A stretch of 64,000 bases of DNA. Source: an uncultured bacterium (GTDB lineage: Bacteria > Acidobacteriota > HRBIN11 > JAKEFK01). The stretch spans positions 512,001 through 576,000 of the forward strand of contig CAVZQN010000004.1 in assembly GCA_963777505.1 (NCBI GenBank), given 5' to 3'. The translations under genes were made by a program, and so were the position numbers. Positions 50,939 through 62,126 of this stretch are shown here, one piece after another. How positions within the stretch are numbered: position 1 is the first letter of the stretch; every line of letters starts with the position of its first letter. The notes below the pieces were generated by a model, which saw only the letters and a list, made by a program, of their open reading frames with translations, searched no databases and was not told the DNA's origin.

Positions 50939-52429
50939 ATGAAGATATCCAACATTCCTTTCATAATGCTTGATGATAAAACTGAAGTTCCCATTTACAG
51001 GCAAATCTATGAAGCGATTCGGTGCTCGATTCTAAGCGGTGAATTTAAATCGGGAACGCAATTAACCACAACGCGACTTCTTGCAAAGCAGTTAGGCGTT
51101 TCACGCATGACCATCATTAATGCGTACGAACAGCTCCATGCAGAAGGGTATATTGAAGGAAAAATGGGCGCGGGAACTTATGTTGCTTCGACACTTCCCG
51201 AAGAAATGTTGCGTGTTGATTCAGAAAGATCATTGCGAAGCAGGGAATCAACCGGATTCAGAAATCAAATTCTATCGCAGCGCGGGAAATGGTTTGCATC
51301 TACAAGTATTGCGAGGCTTCGTGTTGAAGCAGACTCCAAACAATATGCTTTTCAAAATGGGATGCCTGCGGTTGATAAATTTCCTTTTGCGATTTGGTCC
51401 AAACTTATGTCGCGTTTACTTAAGGGCCCACCAAGAGAACTTCTAAGCTACGGTGATCCTGCGGGTTATTTTCCTTTACGTGAAGCGATTGCATCGCATT
51501 TGAAATCGGCCAGGGGAGTTGTTTGCGATGCCACTCAAGTGATCATCGTTGGAGGCTCTCAGCAGGCGCTCGATCTAACGGCCCGAATTCTACTTGATCC
51601 AAATGATGTTGCGCTGGTCGAAGATCCATGTTACCCGGGCGCACGCAATGTGCTTCTATCATCTGGAGCAAAAGTCATTTCAGTGCCGGTCGATCATGAA
51701 GGCTTTGACTTGGCTGCCGGTTTGAAGCGAAGTAAAAGTGCGCGGCTCGTTTATGTAACACCCTCTCATCAATTTCCACTTGGCGTAACGATGAGTTTGT
51801 CGCGACGCAGAGCATTGCTTGAATGGGCGAAGCAGTCCAATGCCTTTATTGTTGAAGATGATTACAACAGTGAATTCAGATATGCAGGACGTCCGCTCGC
51901 GTCTTTACAGGGACTGAATAAAGATGGGAGAGTAATTTATGTGGGAACTTTTAGCAAAACAATTTTTCCCTCTTTGCGGTTGGGTTGTATCGTTGTACCA
52001 AAAGATTTATCAAGCATTTTTATTGCGGCTCGTGCGATGATTGATAGACACTCTCCAATATTAGACCAGGCTGTACTCACAGACTTTATCAATGAAGGTC
52101 ACTTCGCGCGACACATACGGCGCATGCGTTCGTTGTATGAAGAGCGTCAAAACATTTTAGTGACTGAAGCACAAAGACACTTGAAAGGTAAATTAGAAAT
52201 TGAGCCAGCCGAAGCGGGAATGCATTTAGTCGGTTGGTTGCCTGAAAGAGTTAGTGACAAAGAGGCATCGGAAAAAGCCGCTCGTCATGGCATCGAAGCA
52301 GCACCGCTTTCAGCCTACAGTACAAATCCGTTATCAACACGTGGTGCTCTGGTTCTTGGTTACACTGGAGTGAATGAAAAACAAATCAAAGATGGAATCA
52401 GGCAATTAGCGAAAGCTTTGACTTCCTGA
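50939..52429 (+). CDS. MocR/GabR-family PLP-dependent GntR regulator
   Basis: GntR HTH (GVSR.T...AYEQL..EGY); TPSHQFPLG, EDDY, GTFSK. Confidence 0.93.
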   Translation: MKISNIPFIMLDDKTEVPIYRQIYEAIRCSILSGEFKSGTQLTTTRLLAKQLGVSRMTIINAYEQLHAEGYIEGKMGAGTYVASTLPEEMLRVDSERSLRSRESTGFRNQILSQRGKWFASTSIARLRVEADSKQYAFQNGMPAVDKFPFAIWSKLMSRLLKGPPRELLSYGDPAGYFPLREAIASHLKSARGVVCDATQVIIVGGSQQALDLTARILLDPNDVALVEDPCYPGARNVLLSSGAKVISVPVDHEGFDLAAGLKRSKSARLVYVTPSHQFPLGVTMSLSRRRALLEWAKQSNAFIVEDDYNSEFRYAGRPLASLQGLNKDGRVIYVGTFSKTIFPSLRLGCIVVPKDLSSIFIAARAMIDRHSPILDQAVLTDFINEGHFARHIRRMRSLYEERQNILVTEAQRHLKGKLEIEPAEAGMHLVGWLPERVSDKEASEKAARHGIEAAPLSAYSTNPLSTRGALVLGYTGVNEKQIKDGIRQLAKALTS

Positions 52430-52441
52430 CTCTAAATAAAA

Positions 52442-52468
52442 AAGGGGACGCAAAAAAAGCGTCCCCTT
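52442..52468. terminator. Hairpin terminator between convergent genes
   Basis: AAGGGGACGC-A7-GCGTCCCCTT with an A run on the left (U tail on minus). Confidence 0.75.
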
Positions 52469-52483
52469 GAATTAAAACCAAAT

Positions 52484-55354
52484 TTAAGGAAGATTAAGCA
52501 GCCATGCGCCACGTCCGTGTGTAGCAGCATAGAGCTTACGCTCCTCAGTAACAATTGTCAGACCAGGTGTTTCAACATTTGGCATACCTGGTGCTGCAAG
52601 TTGCCAATCGATTCCAGCTGAAGCTGCTTCACGTAAAACACCAAAATCGTTTGAAATGTATAGATCACCGGTGACTTGATCAAATACAACATCACTGAGT
52701 GGGATATCGCCCAATGATCCTAGGCCTGTTCCATCAAGGCTGGTCCATGTTGCAGTTCCGCCACCCGAATCATATACAACGTGGAATATATGGCCCGGTT
52801 CAGCAGGCGTATTGGCACTAAAACCACTGTAAGTGATCCACGCTTGATTCGGGTTTGCAGGATCGATGTAGATGCCGGTTGGAAATCTTCCTGGATCAGC
52901 GATTGAAAGAGTGTCAATGCGTGTGAAGGTAACGCTGGAAGCTGGGACTGCATTGGCGTTTGTAGAAACAAAAATGCGCCCTGTTGAGGTAGCCGCCCAA
53001 AGAGTCGTCGCATCGCTGTCTGTTCTTTCCACAGCAGCAACAACTCCGCCTGCGCGATCACCAAAGGAAGCATTGGTTAAGGCACCTGCTACAGTTGGAT
53101 CACCAAGAGGTTCCCAATCGCCGCAAACATCCGCAAAAGAGCCAGTCCATTCATTGCACTGCGCTCGAAATTGCGGAATGGTCATCGTACCTTTGCCATA
53201 TGTTTGAGTTCTCCACACGTGTTGTAATCCCGCGAACAGTGTTAGGCTGACTGACGGATCGTGGATGATTGGAATGTAGAAGCTAGCATTGGCGGCTTCT
53301 CCGGCGATGAACCATGGATCTGATACCCAGTTCCAATCTGCAACGCTTCCGGAATCGAAATTTACATCAGCCTGGCCAAGGAAGAAAGTGTGGAAGCGGT
53401 ATTTCTTTTCTTCAATATCGAATCCGGATTGTCCACCATCACCAATCATTGTGTTCAACCAAGTTACAGTACTTTTCTTCGTTTCCCATGTGCCATTATC
53501 CTGAGTTCCACCTTGTACATTTCTGGAATTCTGAGGATTGACACTCAAGCTTTGGAATTGAAGTGTGTGGAGACCTTTGTTGATACTGTGAATCTTTCTT
53601 GGAATGGCTGAAAGCAATTGTTGACAACGGAGCAACTCATCTCCAGCCAATCCGCGAGGATTACAGAAATTGGATCGATTTACTAAATCTCCAGTCGAAC
53701 GAACAATACCTCCATCAGTTCCTTCAAAGAACTGCAGTGGGTCATTTGGGTTCGTAACAAGAGTCTGATGATCCGGGTGGATTCCGAACGGATAAAGGAA
53801 ATCCGTACCATCATAGGTCAGATCGTTCCAGCTGACGCCGGCGTCTTGCGACATTACAAGACCGCGGCCATTGGAAATCCAGTTCACTGGAGTGAATGGA
53901 TCATTTTCATCATATTGATTTGATCCACCAAGATACACAATGTCAGGACTCCCTGGCGGTGTGTAGACAAAGTTGTCATACCAGCACTGGCCGGTGCAAT
54001 AGTTAAAGGAACCGTAACCGGGATCGGCTGGATTGCTGCTTGTTAGATCGGAAAAAGTTGGCGTTCCCGTTCGTACACTATCACTGCGGAACAAACGGCT
54101 GTATTGACTGCCGGCATTTGTGTGTCCTTCGCCAACATACATTCTCGTATCGCCATTTCCAAGAGTCGTGACAGCAATTGCAGCGCGAGTCGTGTTAATT
54201 GCTGCATTGAGCGAAGGAAGAATTTGAGTCCATGTTGCGCCATCATCCGGTGAGCGCCATACGCCACGCGCGAATGAAGATGCATAAAGAACCTGGGGAT
54301 CGGTTGGATCGAAGAGGACGGCGCGAACCCCGCGGGGGGAACATTGTGTTCCGTTCGTTGCAACAGTAGCAGGATCGGTACATCCAACTGTATCTGGAGC
54401 ACCATTATGATTCAGTGACCAATTGGCGCCACCATCTGTGGATTTATAAAGACCCCAGATCGCTGCACCAGGAACGAGAATTGTAGTTCCACCGCCGCTT
54501 ACAGACGAAACTCCATTCGTTGCTCTGACGGAGCCGGCATAAATGGTGTTTGAATCGCCTGGTTTCACTGCAATTGTGCCAACAGCCCGGCCATTAAACA
54601 CGGATTTACCCAAAGGTCCGGTCCATGAATCTCCGCCGTCTGTTGATTTGTATAATCCAACACCAAATACGCTGTCTGCACTGGCATTTCCTTCGCCTGT
54701 GCCTGCCCAGATCGTATTACCTGTCGCATCATTCGGATCGAGAGCTACACTTCCGACTGAATTGATTTCAAAAGTTATCGACAAGTATTCCCAGTCCGGA
54801 TTTTTATCCAGAGCTCTGTCGGTGCGCCAAACTCCTCCACCCGCAGCGCCAATCCATAAACGACAGGATTGCTTTGTGCAAGTTGGTGAAATCACCATGG
54901 AAGTTGTTCGGCCTGCAGCAAAATATTTTTTCGGTGTATATAAGGTGGCATCACGAAATGGAAAACTTGGCACCTTACCAATGGTAGGTCCATAGCTTTC
55001 CCACGTTGGACCACCTCCAAGAGGTGATGTGATGCCTTTAGCTTTTAGTTGTTGAAATGCCACACGCGCATTTTCGACTCGTGCCAATGGTATATCTGTC
55101 GCAGGATATGCCATTCTGGCAAGTTTCTCGGCATAATAACTTCCAGGACCTTCTGGCCGTTCATCACTTCTAGCAGGCAGAGTCTTTTGAAGCTGTTCAA
55201 GGTGCTTGCCTAATGCTTTAGGCGTCCAATTTTTGCGAAACTTAACTGCCTTCTTTGTGGAAGCAGTGGGAGTTTCATTCAATTGAAAATAAGCTACACC
55301 AGTTGCGCCTAGCAATAACGCAACGATGGGAACAAAGAACCATTTTTTGGACAT
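52484..55354 (-). CDS. Secreted Asp-box (BNR/VPS10-like) beta-propeller protein
   Basis: Repeated S.D.G..W boxes, GTGEGN, HPDHQ, GGTQDNG, GDGG, ATHGRGAW. Confidence 0.8.
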   Translation of the reverse strand: MSKKWFFVPIVALLLGATGVAYFQLNETPTASTKKAVKFRKNWTPKALGKHLEQLQKTLPARSDERPEGPGSYYAEKLARMAYPATDIPLARVENARVAFQQLKAKGITSPLGGGPTWESYGPTIGKVPSFPFRDATLYTPKKYFAAGRTTSMVISPTCTKQSCRLWIGAAGGGVWRTDRALDKNPDWEYLSITFEINSVGSVALDPNDATGNTIWAGTGEGNASADSVFGVGLYKSTDGGDSWTGPLGKSVFNGRAVGTIAVKPGDSNTIYAGSVRATNGVSSVSGGGTTILVPGAAIWGLYKSTDGGANWSLNHNGAPDTVGCTDPATVATNGTQCSPRGVRAVLFDPTDPQVLYASSFARGVWRSPDDGATWTQILPSLNAAINTTRAAIAVTTLGNGDTRMYVGEGHTNAGSQYSRLFRSDSVRTGTPTFSDLTSSNPADPGYGSFNYCTGQCWYDNFVYTPPGSPDIVYLGGSNQYDENDPFTPVNWISNGRGLVMSQDAGVSWNDLTYDGTDFLYPFGIHPDHQTLVTNPNDPLQFFEGTDGGIVRSTGDLVNRSNFCNPRGLAGDELLRCQQLLSAIPRKIHSINKGLHTLQFQSLSVNPQNSRNVQGGTQDNGTWETKKSTVTWLNTMIGDGGQSGFDIEEKKYRFHTFFLGQADVNFDSGSVADWNWVSDPWFIAGEAANASFYIPIIHDPSVSLTLFAGLQHVWRTQTYGKGTMTIPQFRAQCNEWTGSFADVCGDWEPLGDPTVAGALTNASFGDRAGGVVAAVERTDSDATTLWAATSTGRIFVSTNANAVPASSVTFTRIDTLSIADPGRFPTGIYIDPANPNQAWITYSGFSANTPAEPGHIFHVVYDSGGGTATWTSLDGTGLGSLGDIPLSDVVFDQVTGDLYISNDFGVLREAASAGIDWQLAAPGMPNVETPGLTIVTEERKLYAATHGRGAWLLNLP

Positions 55355-55550
55355 TGTCCCTTACTCCTGTTTTTTTAGTATCGGTTGTAACTGAGAGGTG
55401 ATTAAACTAATGGAGTAAAGTACCAAACGTACACGTTAGGCAGAGGAATACCAGTAACGTCTCGTTTGATTCATAACCCTATCTTTACTCAAACGAATTT
55501 TAGCACGAATCAAGGGGGAGATTTTAAGCACCTGGCAACATTCTTTTCCG

Positions 55551-57507
55551 TTAGTCTAGATATTGCGAAAGCCAGTTCAGCCATCGATCGTAGACATCCT
55601 TTGACCGAACTGGATCCGTCACCAGATGTCCGGGACCCGGATACACAATGAATTGAGTTTTCACTCCATTGTCGCGCAATGCATGAAACAGTTTGTACGA
55701 GCCGGTGATGCTGACTCTGGAGTCGGAAGATTTCGAAAGAACCAGAGTAGGAGTCCGGATTTTAGAAAAATTCTTCAGCGGTGATTGCTCATGCGCGCTC
55801 TTCAGATTGTCGCCGGTGTAAGGTGAAGCAGTGATCGCATGTCTGTGCATACGATTCAGATCGCTCAAGCTGTACATGTCTGTGTAATCCACGGGAGCTG
55901 CTCCAGCAACAGCTGCTGCCCACTCGCCAGGATAGCGGCCGATCATCCAGGCAGTCATCCAGCCGCCATAAGACCAACCGGATACTGCTATTTTTTTCGG
56001 ATCCACATATGCCTTTTTTTTCATTGCTTCGACACCATTCCAAACATCAGCTCCAGGACCTTCACCTGCATCATTGGCAATTGCACTTTGAAATGCATTG
56101 CCGCGATGATTGCTTCCGCGATAATTTGGCTGAAGGACAATCCATCCTTTCGCTGCCATGATTTGTGCGGTCATGTTGAAAGCCAATGTAGATGTGGCGG
56201 TAGGTCCTCCATGAATGAGCAGCACGAGCGGATATTTTTTTGAAGCCTCAAAATCCGGCGGATACGTTAACACGCCATCGGTTTCAAAACCGGAGGTGGT
56301 GTTCCATGAGATTCCTTCTCTTTTTCCTTGCTTTCGCTCGGCGATGCTGCGATTAAAATCGGTGATACGTTCCGGTTTTGCATCAACCGTTGGAAGAAAA
56401 TACAATTCAACGGGTTTTTGTTTTTCTTCACCGATGAATGCAATCGAGCCGGATTTACTCACGCTTAGTTCGTAGACTTCCATGACTTCACCAGTATTCA
56501 GCTTCCTGTAAGAATTATTTTCAGCCTGCGCCCAAATTGCTGACTGCAATCCATCGTAGCCTGTTAGCACGAGTAGTCCGTTTGAAAACCAGGCGAAATC
56601 AAGAATCTCGCGATCCAACGTTCGCGTTACGCTGCTCGCGGATCCGTTAGGACTTGCCAAATACACTTCGCTAAGATTCGCTGCAATACCATCGCGCGGA
56701 TAGAAGAAAACCAATCGTTGATCATCACCCGGTAAGAAATAAGCAGGTCCTTCTTTGTTTGTGTTAGAGGTGAGTGGTTGCAATTTTTGTGATTCAACAT
56801 TTAACAGATGGATCTTGCCCAAATCGCTGTCTCCTGAGTGCGAAGAAGGATAGGTTGTTATCGCAAGCTGTTTACCATCCGGGGACCATGAGAGTGAGGA
56901 ATTGTAAAAATCCGTTGCAACAATGATACCGGGCGGAGTTAACCGTTTGCTATCTCCGCCACTTGTATCCACGATGCTTATGTAATTTTGCGTAGCGTCA
57001 TCGCGAGTTAAGTAATCATTACTTCCAACTTCAAAAGAATTGTTAAATCGCTCCACACCGGTTTTGATGATTGGATCTTCTGCGGCAACGAATGCAAATC
57101 GTTTCCCGTCGGGACTCCAGGTGTAATGGAGAATTCCCCCTTTGCTGTGCGTGATTTGCTGCGGCTCACCACCCTTTAGGGAAAGTGTAAACAGCTGAGA
57201 AACCTCATCCACAGTTCCAAGAAATGCGATTCGATCCCCTGCGGGAGACCATGTAACCGCTGAGATATCGGTTCGTTTGCTGAGGGTGCGCTGTTCTTTG
57301 CCAGGCACACCGATCATCACGAGTTCAGTTGAGTAAGTCGTTCGAATCATAATTCTGCCGCGAAACCAGCATTAGAATATGTTTCCCATCCGGAGAAATC
57401 TCAACACCAGAAAGATCTATCTGTTCGCGAAGATGATGTGTGGATAGCAAATCCTGAGCTTCAGCATGAAGTCCGAAGCAAATAAGAAAAATCAAGATGG
57501 TTTTCAT
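55551..57507 (-). CDS. S9 prolyl oligopeptidase family with WD40-like repeats; frameshift near 57345
   Basis: Signal peptide in the 57507 ORF; WSPDG repeats, IHGGP, NYRGS, GWSYGG, D.RV, GH. Confidence 0.88.
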
Positions 57508-57523
57508 CGATCTCCTTTCAAAG

Positions 57524-57630
57524 CGAACAACGGATAAACCCGGATATGATTAAACACAGATAACACGGATAAACACGGATATTTGTCAAAAACATAATAA
57601 ATCAGTGTTCATCTGTGTCATCCGTGGTTA
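57524..57630. repeat. Short tandem/inverted ACACGGAT(A) repeat cluster
   Basis: ACACAGATAACACGGATAAACACGGAT ... ATCAGTGTTCATCTGTGTCATCCGTGGTT. Confidence 0.65.
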
Positions 57631-57642
57631 AATTATCAATGC

Positions 57643-58386
57643 TCATCCGTTGTTACTGGAAACAACTCTAACAAGCCAATCGGTCACAGTTTGTACTAAC
57701 CACGAGCGGCAGGTGCTAAATCCGTGGTCGCTTTGTTGCTTTCGAATAAGTTCAACATTGTGAAGATCGGAGATTTGGTTGAGATACTGATCAGGTGGAA
57801 AGATTGAATCATTTTCGGCTGCAATCAAAAGAACAGGACGCGGACTGAATGCTTGCAAAGAATTCCTGAGTGAAACCATTTCTTCCCATTGTTTTACCAG
57901 ATCCCTTCCAGTTACTCCATTCAACATATTCGCAAATTCATTCGCCATTTCTGTTGGAAATTGAAACTTACCAGGTTCAATGACCGGGCTAATGCCAACA
58001 ACGGAACGGATTAATGGTTCGTTTGCGGCATAGAGGAATGCCGGATAAGACCCGGTGCTCGTGCCAATTAGAACAATGCGATCTTTATCGACCGATGGTT
58101 GTTCTAAAACCCATTCCGTTGCAGCTTGCGTGTCGTCTGCTAAACCGTCAAGCGAGAAAGATCCTTGTGATCCCCAACTTCCGCGAAAATGAAAGTAAAG
58201 ACAATTCCAATGGAGATCACGAAGGCGATATGCAATATCTAAATGCTTTTCAATACCTGGAAGGCCGTGAAGTAAAATTGCAGTCGGTCTAACTGTATCT
58301 CCTGCACCTTTATAAAAACCGCCGAGAAGTCGACTGCCATTTGAAAAAAATGTGACGCCATCAAGTCCAGCTTCAAATTTGCTCAT
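57643..58386 (-). CDS. Alpha/beta hydrolase
   Basis: LHGLPG, FRGSWGS.G, GTSTG, D, DHGF. Confidence 0.82.
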   Translation of the reverse strand: MSKFEAGLDGVTFFSNGSRLLGGFYKGAGDTVRPTAILLHGLPGIEKHLDIAYRLRDLHWNCLYFHFRGSWGSQGSFSLDGLADDTQAATEWVLEQPSVDKDRIVLIGTSTGSYPAFLYAANEPLIRSVVGISPVIEPGKFQFPTEMANEFANMLNGVTGRDLVKQWEEMVSLRNSLQAFSPRPVLLIAAENDSIFPPDQYLNQISDLHNVELIRKQQSDHGFSTCRSWLVQTVTDWLVRVVSSNNG

Positions 58387-58579
58387 AATGCACTGATTCT
58401 TTGTAGTCGGATATTAAATCCCAACAGCGTGTCTTGGCAAAGACAGTTTCAAAACGTTAGACGAACGAAACATTTCTTTCAATATTCATCGTTCAGGTTA
58501 ACCGAAGGACCAGTCAGGTTTCCGCGTGCTAGAATAAATCTACATTGACTCTGGGAAGTTAGTTTCAGGGAACTCTCTT

Positions 58580-60999
58580 TTGATTGGACAAACCGTTTCG
58601 CACTACCGGATTCTCACCAAGCTCGGTGGAGGTGGAATGGGTGTGGTGTATGAGGCAGAAGATCTCAATCTCAAACGTCATGTCGCACTGAAATTTTTGC
58701 CTGATACACTTCCAGAAACAGGAGATGCTCTGGAACGCTTCCGCCGGGAAGCGCAATCGGCATCTGCACTGAATCATCCCAACATTTGTACGATCCACGA
58801 AATCGGCGAACACGAAGGACGTCCTTTCATCGCAATGGAATTAATGAAAGGGAAGACGCTGAAGCACACGATCAACGCAAAGCCGATGGAAATCGATCAA
58901 GTGCTGGAGCTTGGTGCACAAATTGCAGATGCGCTCGATGCAGCGCATGCAGAAAAAATCATTCATCGCGACATCAAGCCGCCGAATATTTTTATTACTG
59001 AACGTGGCCAGGCAAAGCTGCTCGACTTCGGTCTTGCCAAGCAGAGCGTAGGAACGCATGCAGATACGGAGATGCCCACCGCAAGTACACCGGAGTATCT
59101 CACAAAGAGTGGATCCACGATGGGAACGGTTGCCTACATGTCTCCGGAACAAGCACGCGGAAAAGATCTGGATGCGCGCACAGATTTGTTTTCCTTCGGT
59201 GTGGTGCTCTATGAGATGGTAACCGGCACACTTCCCTTTGGTGGGCAAACCACCGGTGAAATGCTGGAAGCAATCTTCACAAAGGAGCCGGTGGCACCTG
59301 TGCGGTTGAATTCGAAGGTGCCTTCAAAGCTCGAAGAAATCATCGCCAAAGCAATGGAGAAGGACCGCAATCTGCGTTATCAACATGCTTCGGAAATGCG
59401 CACTGATTTGCAACGGCTGAAGCGGGATACATCCCACGCTTCTATGGCGGGCAGGGACGCCCACCCTCCGATGGAATGGGATAAAGCGGTGGCCACGGTG
59501 AGCCGCCCTCCGAAAAGGATGGGACAATGGATCGCGGTTGCTACTATGGCTGTAGTACTATTAGCTGCAACATTTTTCTATTTCGGCCGCCAAACAAAAT
59601 CGGCTGACACAAAAGCGGCACCGCCTGCCGCAGAGTCCACGCAAGACAGCAATGGCCGTTCTTCCATTTGTAAACTTGAGCAAAGATGAAGACCAGGAAT
59701 ACTTCTCCGATGGCTTGACTGAAGAGCTGCTGAACGTGCTAGCAAAGAATCCAAAGCTGCAAGTCACTTCCCGCACTTCGGCTTTTTCATTTAAGGGAAC
59801 GAAAACAGACATCAAAACAGTTGCTGAAAAATTAAACGTGACGCATGTGCTGGAAGGCAGTGTGCGAAAGGCAGGAAACCAGATCCGTATCACAGCACAA
59901 TTGATCGAAGTGTCAACCGACTCGCATCTGTGGTCACAAACTTACGACCGCCAGATGGAAAACATCTTTGCCGTTCAAGATGACATTGCTACATCGGTTT
60001 CCAGTGCATTGAAAGTGACCCTGGAAGGGGGTCACACCATCAAAGCACAGCAGACAAATCCCGAAGCTTACAACGCCTACTTGCAGGGGCGCCACTTCTA
60101 CGACCGGCGGATGAAGGAGGATCTGGAAAAGGCGATCGGCTACTACGAACAGGCACTGAAGATTGACCCCAATTATGCGCGCGCCTGGATCGGTTTGTCC
60201 ACGGTTCACGGCGCTCAGGCGGATTATGGGCTTCTTGTCGGTAGACGAAGGATACAGAAAAGCCAGGAAGGAAGTAGAAAAAGCGCTGGCACTGGATCCA
60301 AACCTGGCAGAGGCTCATGCAAACATGGGATGGATAAGGATGGTCTACGACTGGGACTGGACCGGCGCGGATGCAGCTTTTAAGCGGGCGCTGGAACTGG
60401 AACCATCAAATGCGGATGTGCTTCGGGACGCAGCCACGCTAGCAGCAGTGCTTGGCCGTTTTGATGAGGCGATCGCACTGAACCGCCGCGCGATCGAGCT
60501 TGATCCACTGTTAACAGCAGCACATTTTCGTCTGGGTCTTCACGCTTATTATGCAGGGCAATTGGACGTAGCGGAGCAAGCCATCCGGAAGGCTCTGGAG
60601 CTGAATCCGCAGCGTCCGCAGGCGCACTCGCTTCTGGGCCGCATCTACCTTGCGCAGTCGAAACCAGAAGAGGCGCTTGCCGAGATTCAGAGGGAGCCTG
60701 AGCCGATCTGGCGCGGCTACGGACTTGCGCTTGCGTATCATGCAGCTGGAAAAAAGAAGGAAGCGGATGCGGCACTGGCTGAGTACATTGAAAAATTTCA
60801 GAACGAAGCAGCCTTCCAGATTGCCGAGATTTACGCTTACCGCGGCCAGACGGATAAAGCCTTCGAGTGGCTGGAACGCGCCTACAAACAGCGCGACGGC
60901 GGGCTGACCCAAATGAAAGTCGATCCGTTGCTGCGCAACCTGGAAAGCGATCCACGCTACACCGCCTTCCTGAAAAAAATGAAACTGCCGGTGGACTGA
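58580..60999 (+). CDS. Ser/Thr protein kinase - TM - TolB_N-like - TPR protein; frameshifts near 59650 and 60238
   Basis: GGGGMGVVY, VALK, HRDIKP.N, DFG, YMSPEQ; AVLPF.NLS..YFSDGLTEEL; TPRs; DPRY. Confidence 0.9.
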
Positions 61000-61184
61000 T
61001 CCTGATTTTTTATCGCAGAGAAATACTTGTTACCATAGACCGGTCACGGATCTAACGGACCACGCATCACCAATTCTGTTAGGAAATCGTTCGAATCGTA
61101 ATTTTGTCGCGAGACCAGTATTAGGTATCCACCATTGCTGATATTCGCCGGGGTGAAAAGAACACCTTAATTTTACCTTCCGTC

Positions 61185-61853
61185 TTATTCGTCTCCTCTC
61201 GCGAATTCGACCGCATCGTTGGCGCCTTTCCGAATCGTTTCTTTTACTTGTTCGGTAGCGCCACCAACAACTGTTTCGACGGTTTGTATGACCTCTCTCT
61301 TAGTTTTGACAGCGTCGACCACACCTTCTGCTACTGTTTCAATAACTTGTCTTTTGATCTTGAAAGCATCGACTACACCTTCTGCTACCGTTTCAATAAC
61401 TTGTCTTTTGATCTTGAAAGCATCGACCACACCTTCTGCTACAGTTTCTTTTACTTTATCGGTAGTGCGATCAACAACTGTTTCGACCAGTGTCCCTGTC
61501 TCTTCCACAAACTGTTTCGCTTGCTGGGCGGTCTGAACGGTGTCCACAACGCCTTCCCTAATTTTGTCTTGAACCGCTTCTGTGGCACCATCAACAACAG
61601 TTTCTGCAATTGTTTTGCTACGTTCCGCCGTATCTACCGCGTCTTGCAGCGATTTCTTCATCAGGCCTGCTCCGAGATCGAGCATCCTTTTTGCTTCGTT
61701 GGCAAAATCAGTTTGATTGGCAGGGACGTCTACGGCAGGATCGGTGGGTTCTGAAGGTGGAACTCCAGAATCCAGTCCATCCGTTGGCTGACTTACTTCT
61801 TCCGGACTGTTGGTTTGCTGGACCGAATTTCCATAACCAGTAATTCTTGACAT
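61185..61853 (-). CDS. Orphan protein: disordered N-terminus plus amphipathic helical repeats
   Basis: RBS AAGGAG; repeats VIETVAEGVVDAFKIKRQ. Confidence 0.7.
   Translation of the reverse strand: MSRITGYGNSVQQTNSPEEVSQPTDGLDSGVPPSEPTDPAVDVPANQTDFANEAKRMLDLGAGLMKKSLQDAVDTAERSKTIAETVVDGATEAVQDKIREGVVDTVQTAQQAKQFVEETGTLVETVVDRTTDKVKETVAEGVVDAFKIKRQVIETVAEGVVDAFKIKRQVIETVAEGVVDAVKTKREVIQTVETVVGGATEQVKETIRKGANDAVEFARGDE
61311..61448. repeat. Coding tandem repeat, 54-nt period, about 2.5 copies
   Basis: Units begin at 61311, 61365 and 61419; differences mostly at synonymous positions. Confidence 0.85.
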
Positions 61854-62051
61854 ACGTTTCTCCTTCTTTCACAGAGCAAGTCTTAGAAGACTCCCATACA
61901 GTACATGCGGAAACAGTGCGTGAAACAGCTCAATTGGTTTCGGGGAAAGCGTCCGTTGGATTTTGTTGCAAGTGCGTTGCGAAGCACTTTAAGCATGTGA
62001 ATACAACACAAACATCGACCTATTGGTGTTGGCGAAACACTCAAACATTGC

Positions 62052-62080
62052 TTGGCAAAGAAGTTTCAAAACGTTAGACT
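62052..62080 (+). promoter_or_regulatory. sigma70 promoter of tRNA-Arg
   Basis: TTGGCA-N17-TAGACT. Confidence 0.6.
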
Positions 62081-62126
62081 ATTGAATCACTTTCATCAAT
62101 CTGCTTTCATCTTCATCTTTCAATTT

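Noticed and set aside
55355-55510. Long leader of the beta-propeller gene as a riboswitch
   Set aside because: No known aptamer consensus or terminator hairpin recognised; an Rfam scan would be needed
61049-61084. attC-like ATCTAAC...GTTAGG
   Set aside because: About 35 bp is too short for attC, there is no internal L-box dyad, and no integron integrase is present
61311-61448. Possible CRISPR array
   Set aside because: Units are contiguous with no unique spacers, the period is a multiple of 3, variation is mostly synonymous, and there are no cas genes
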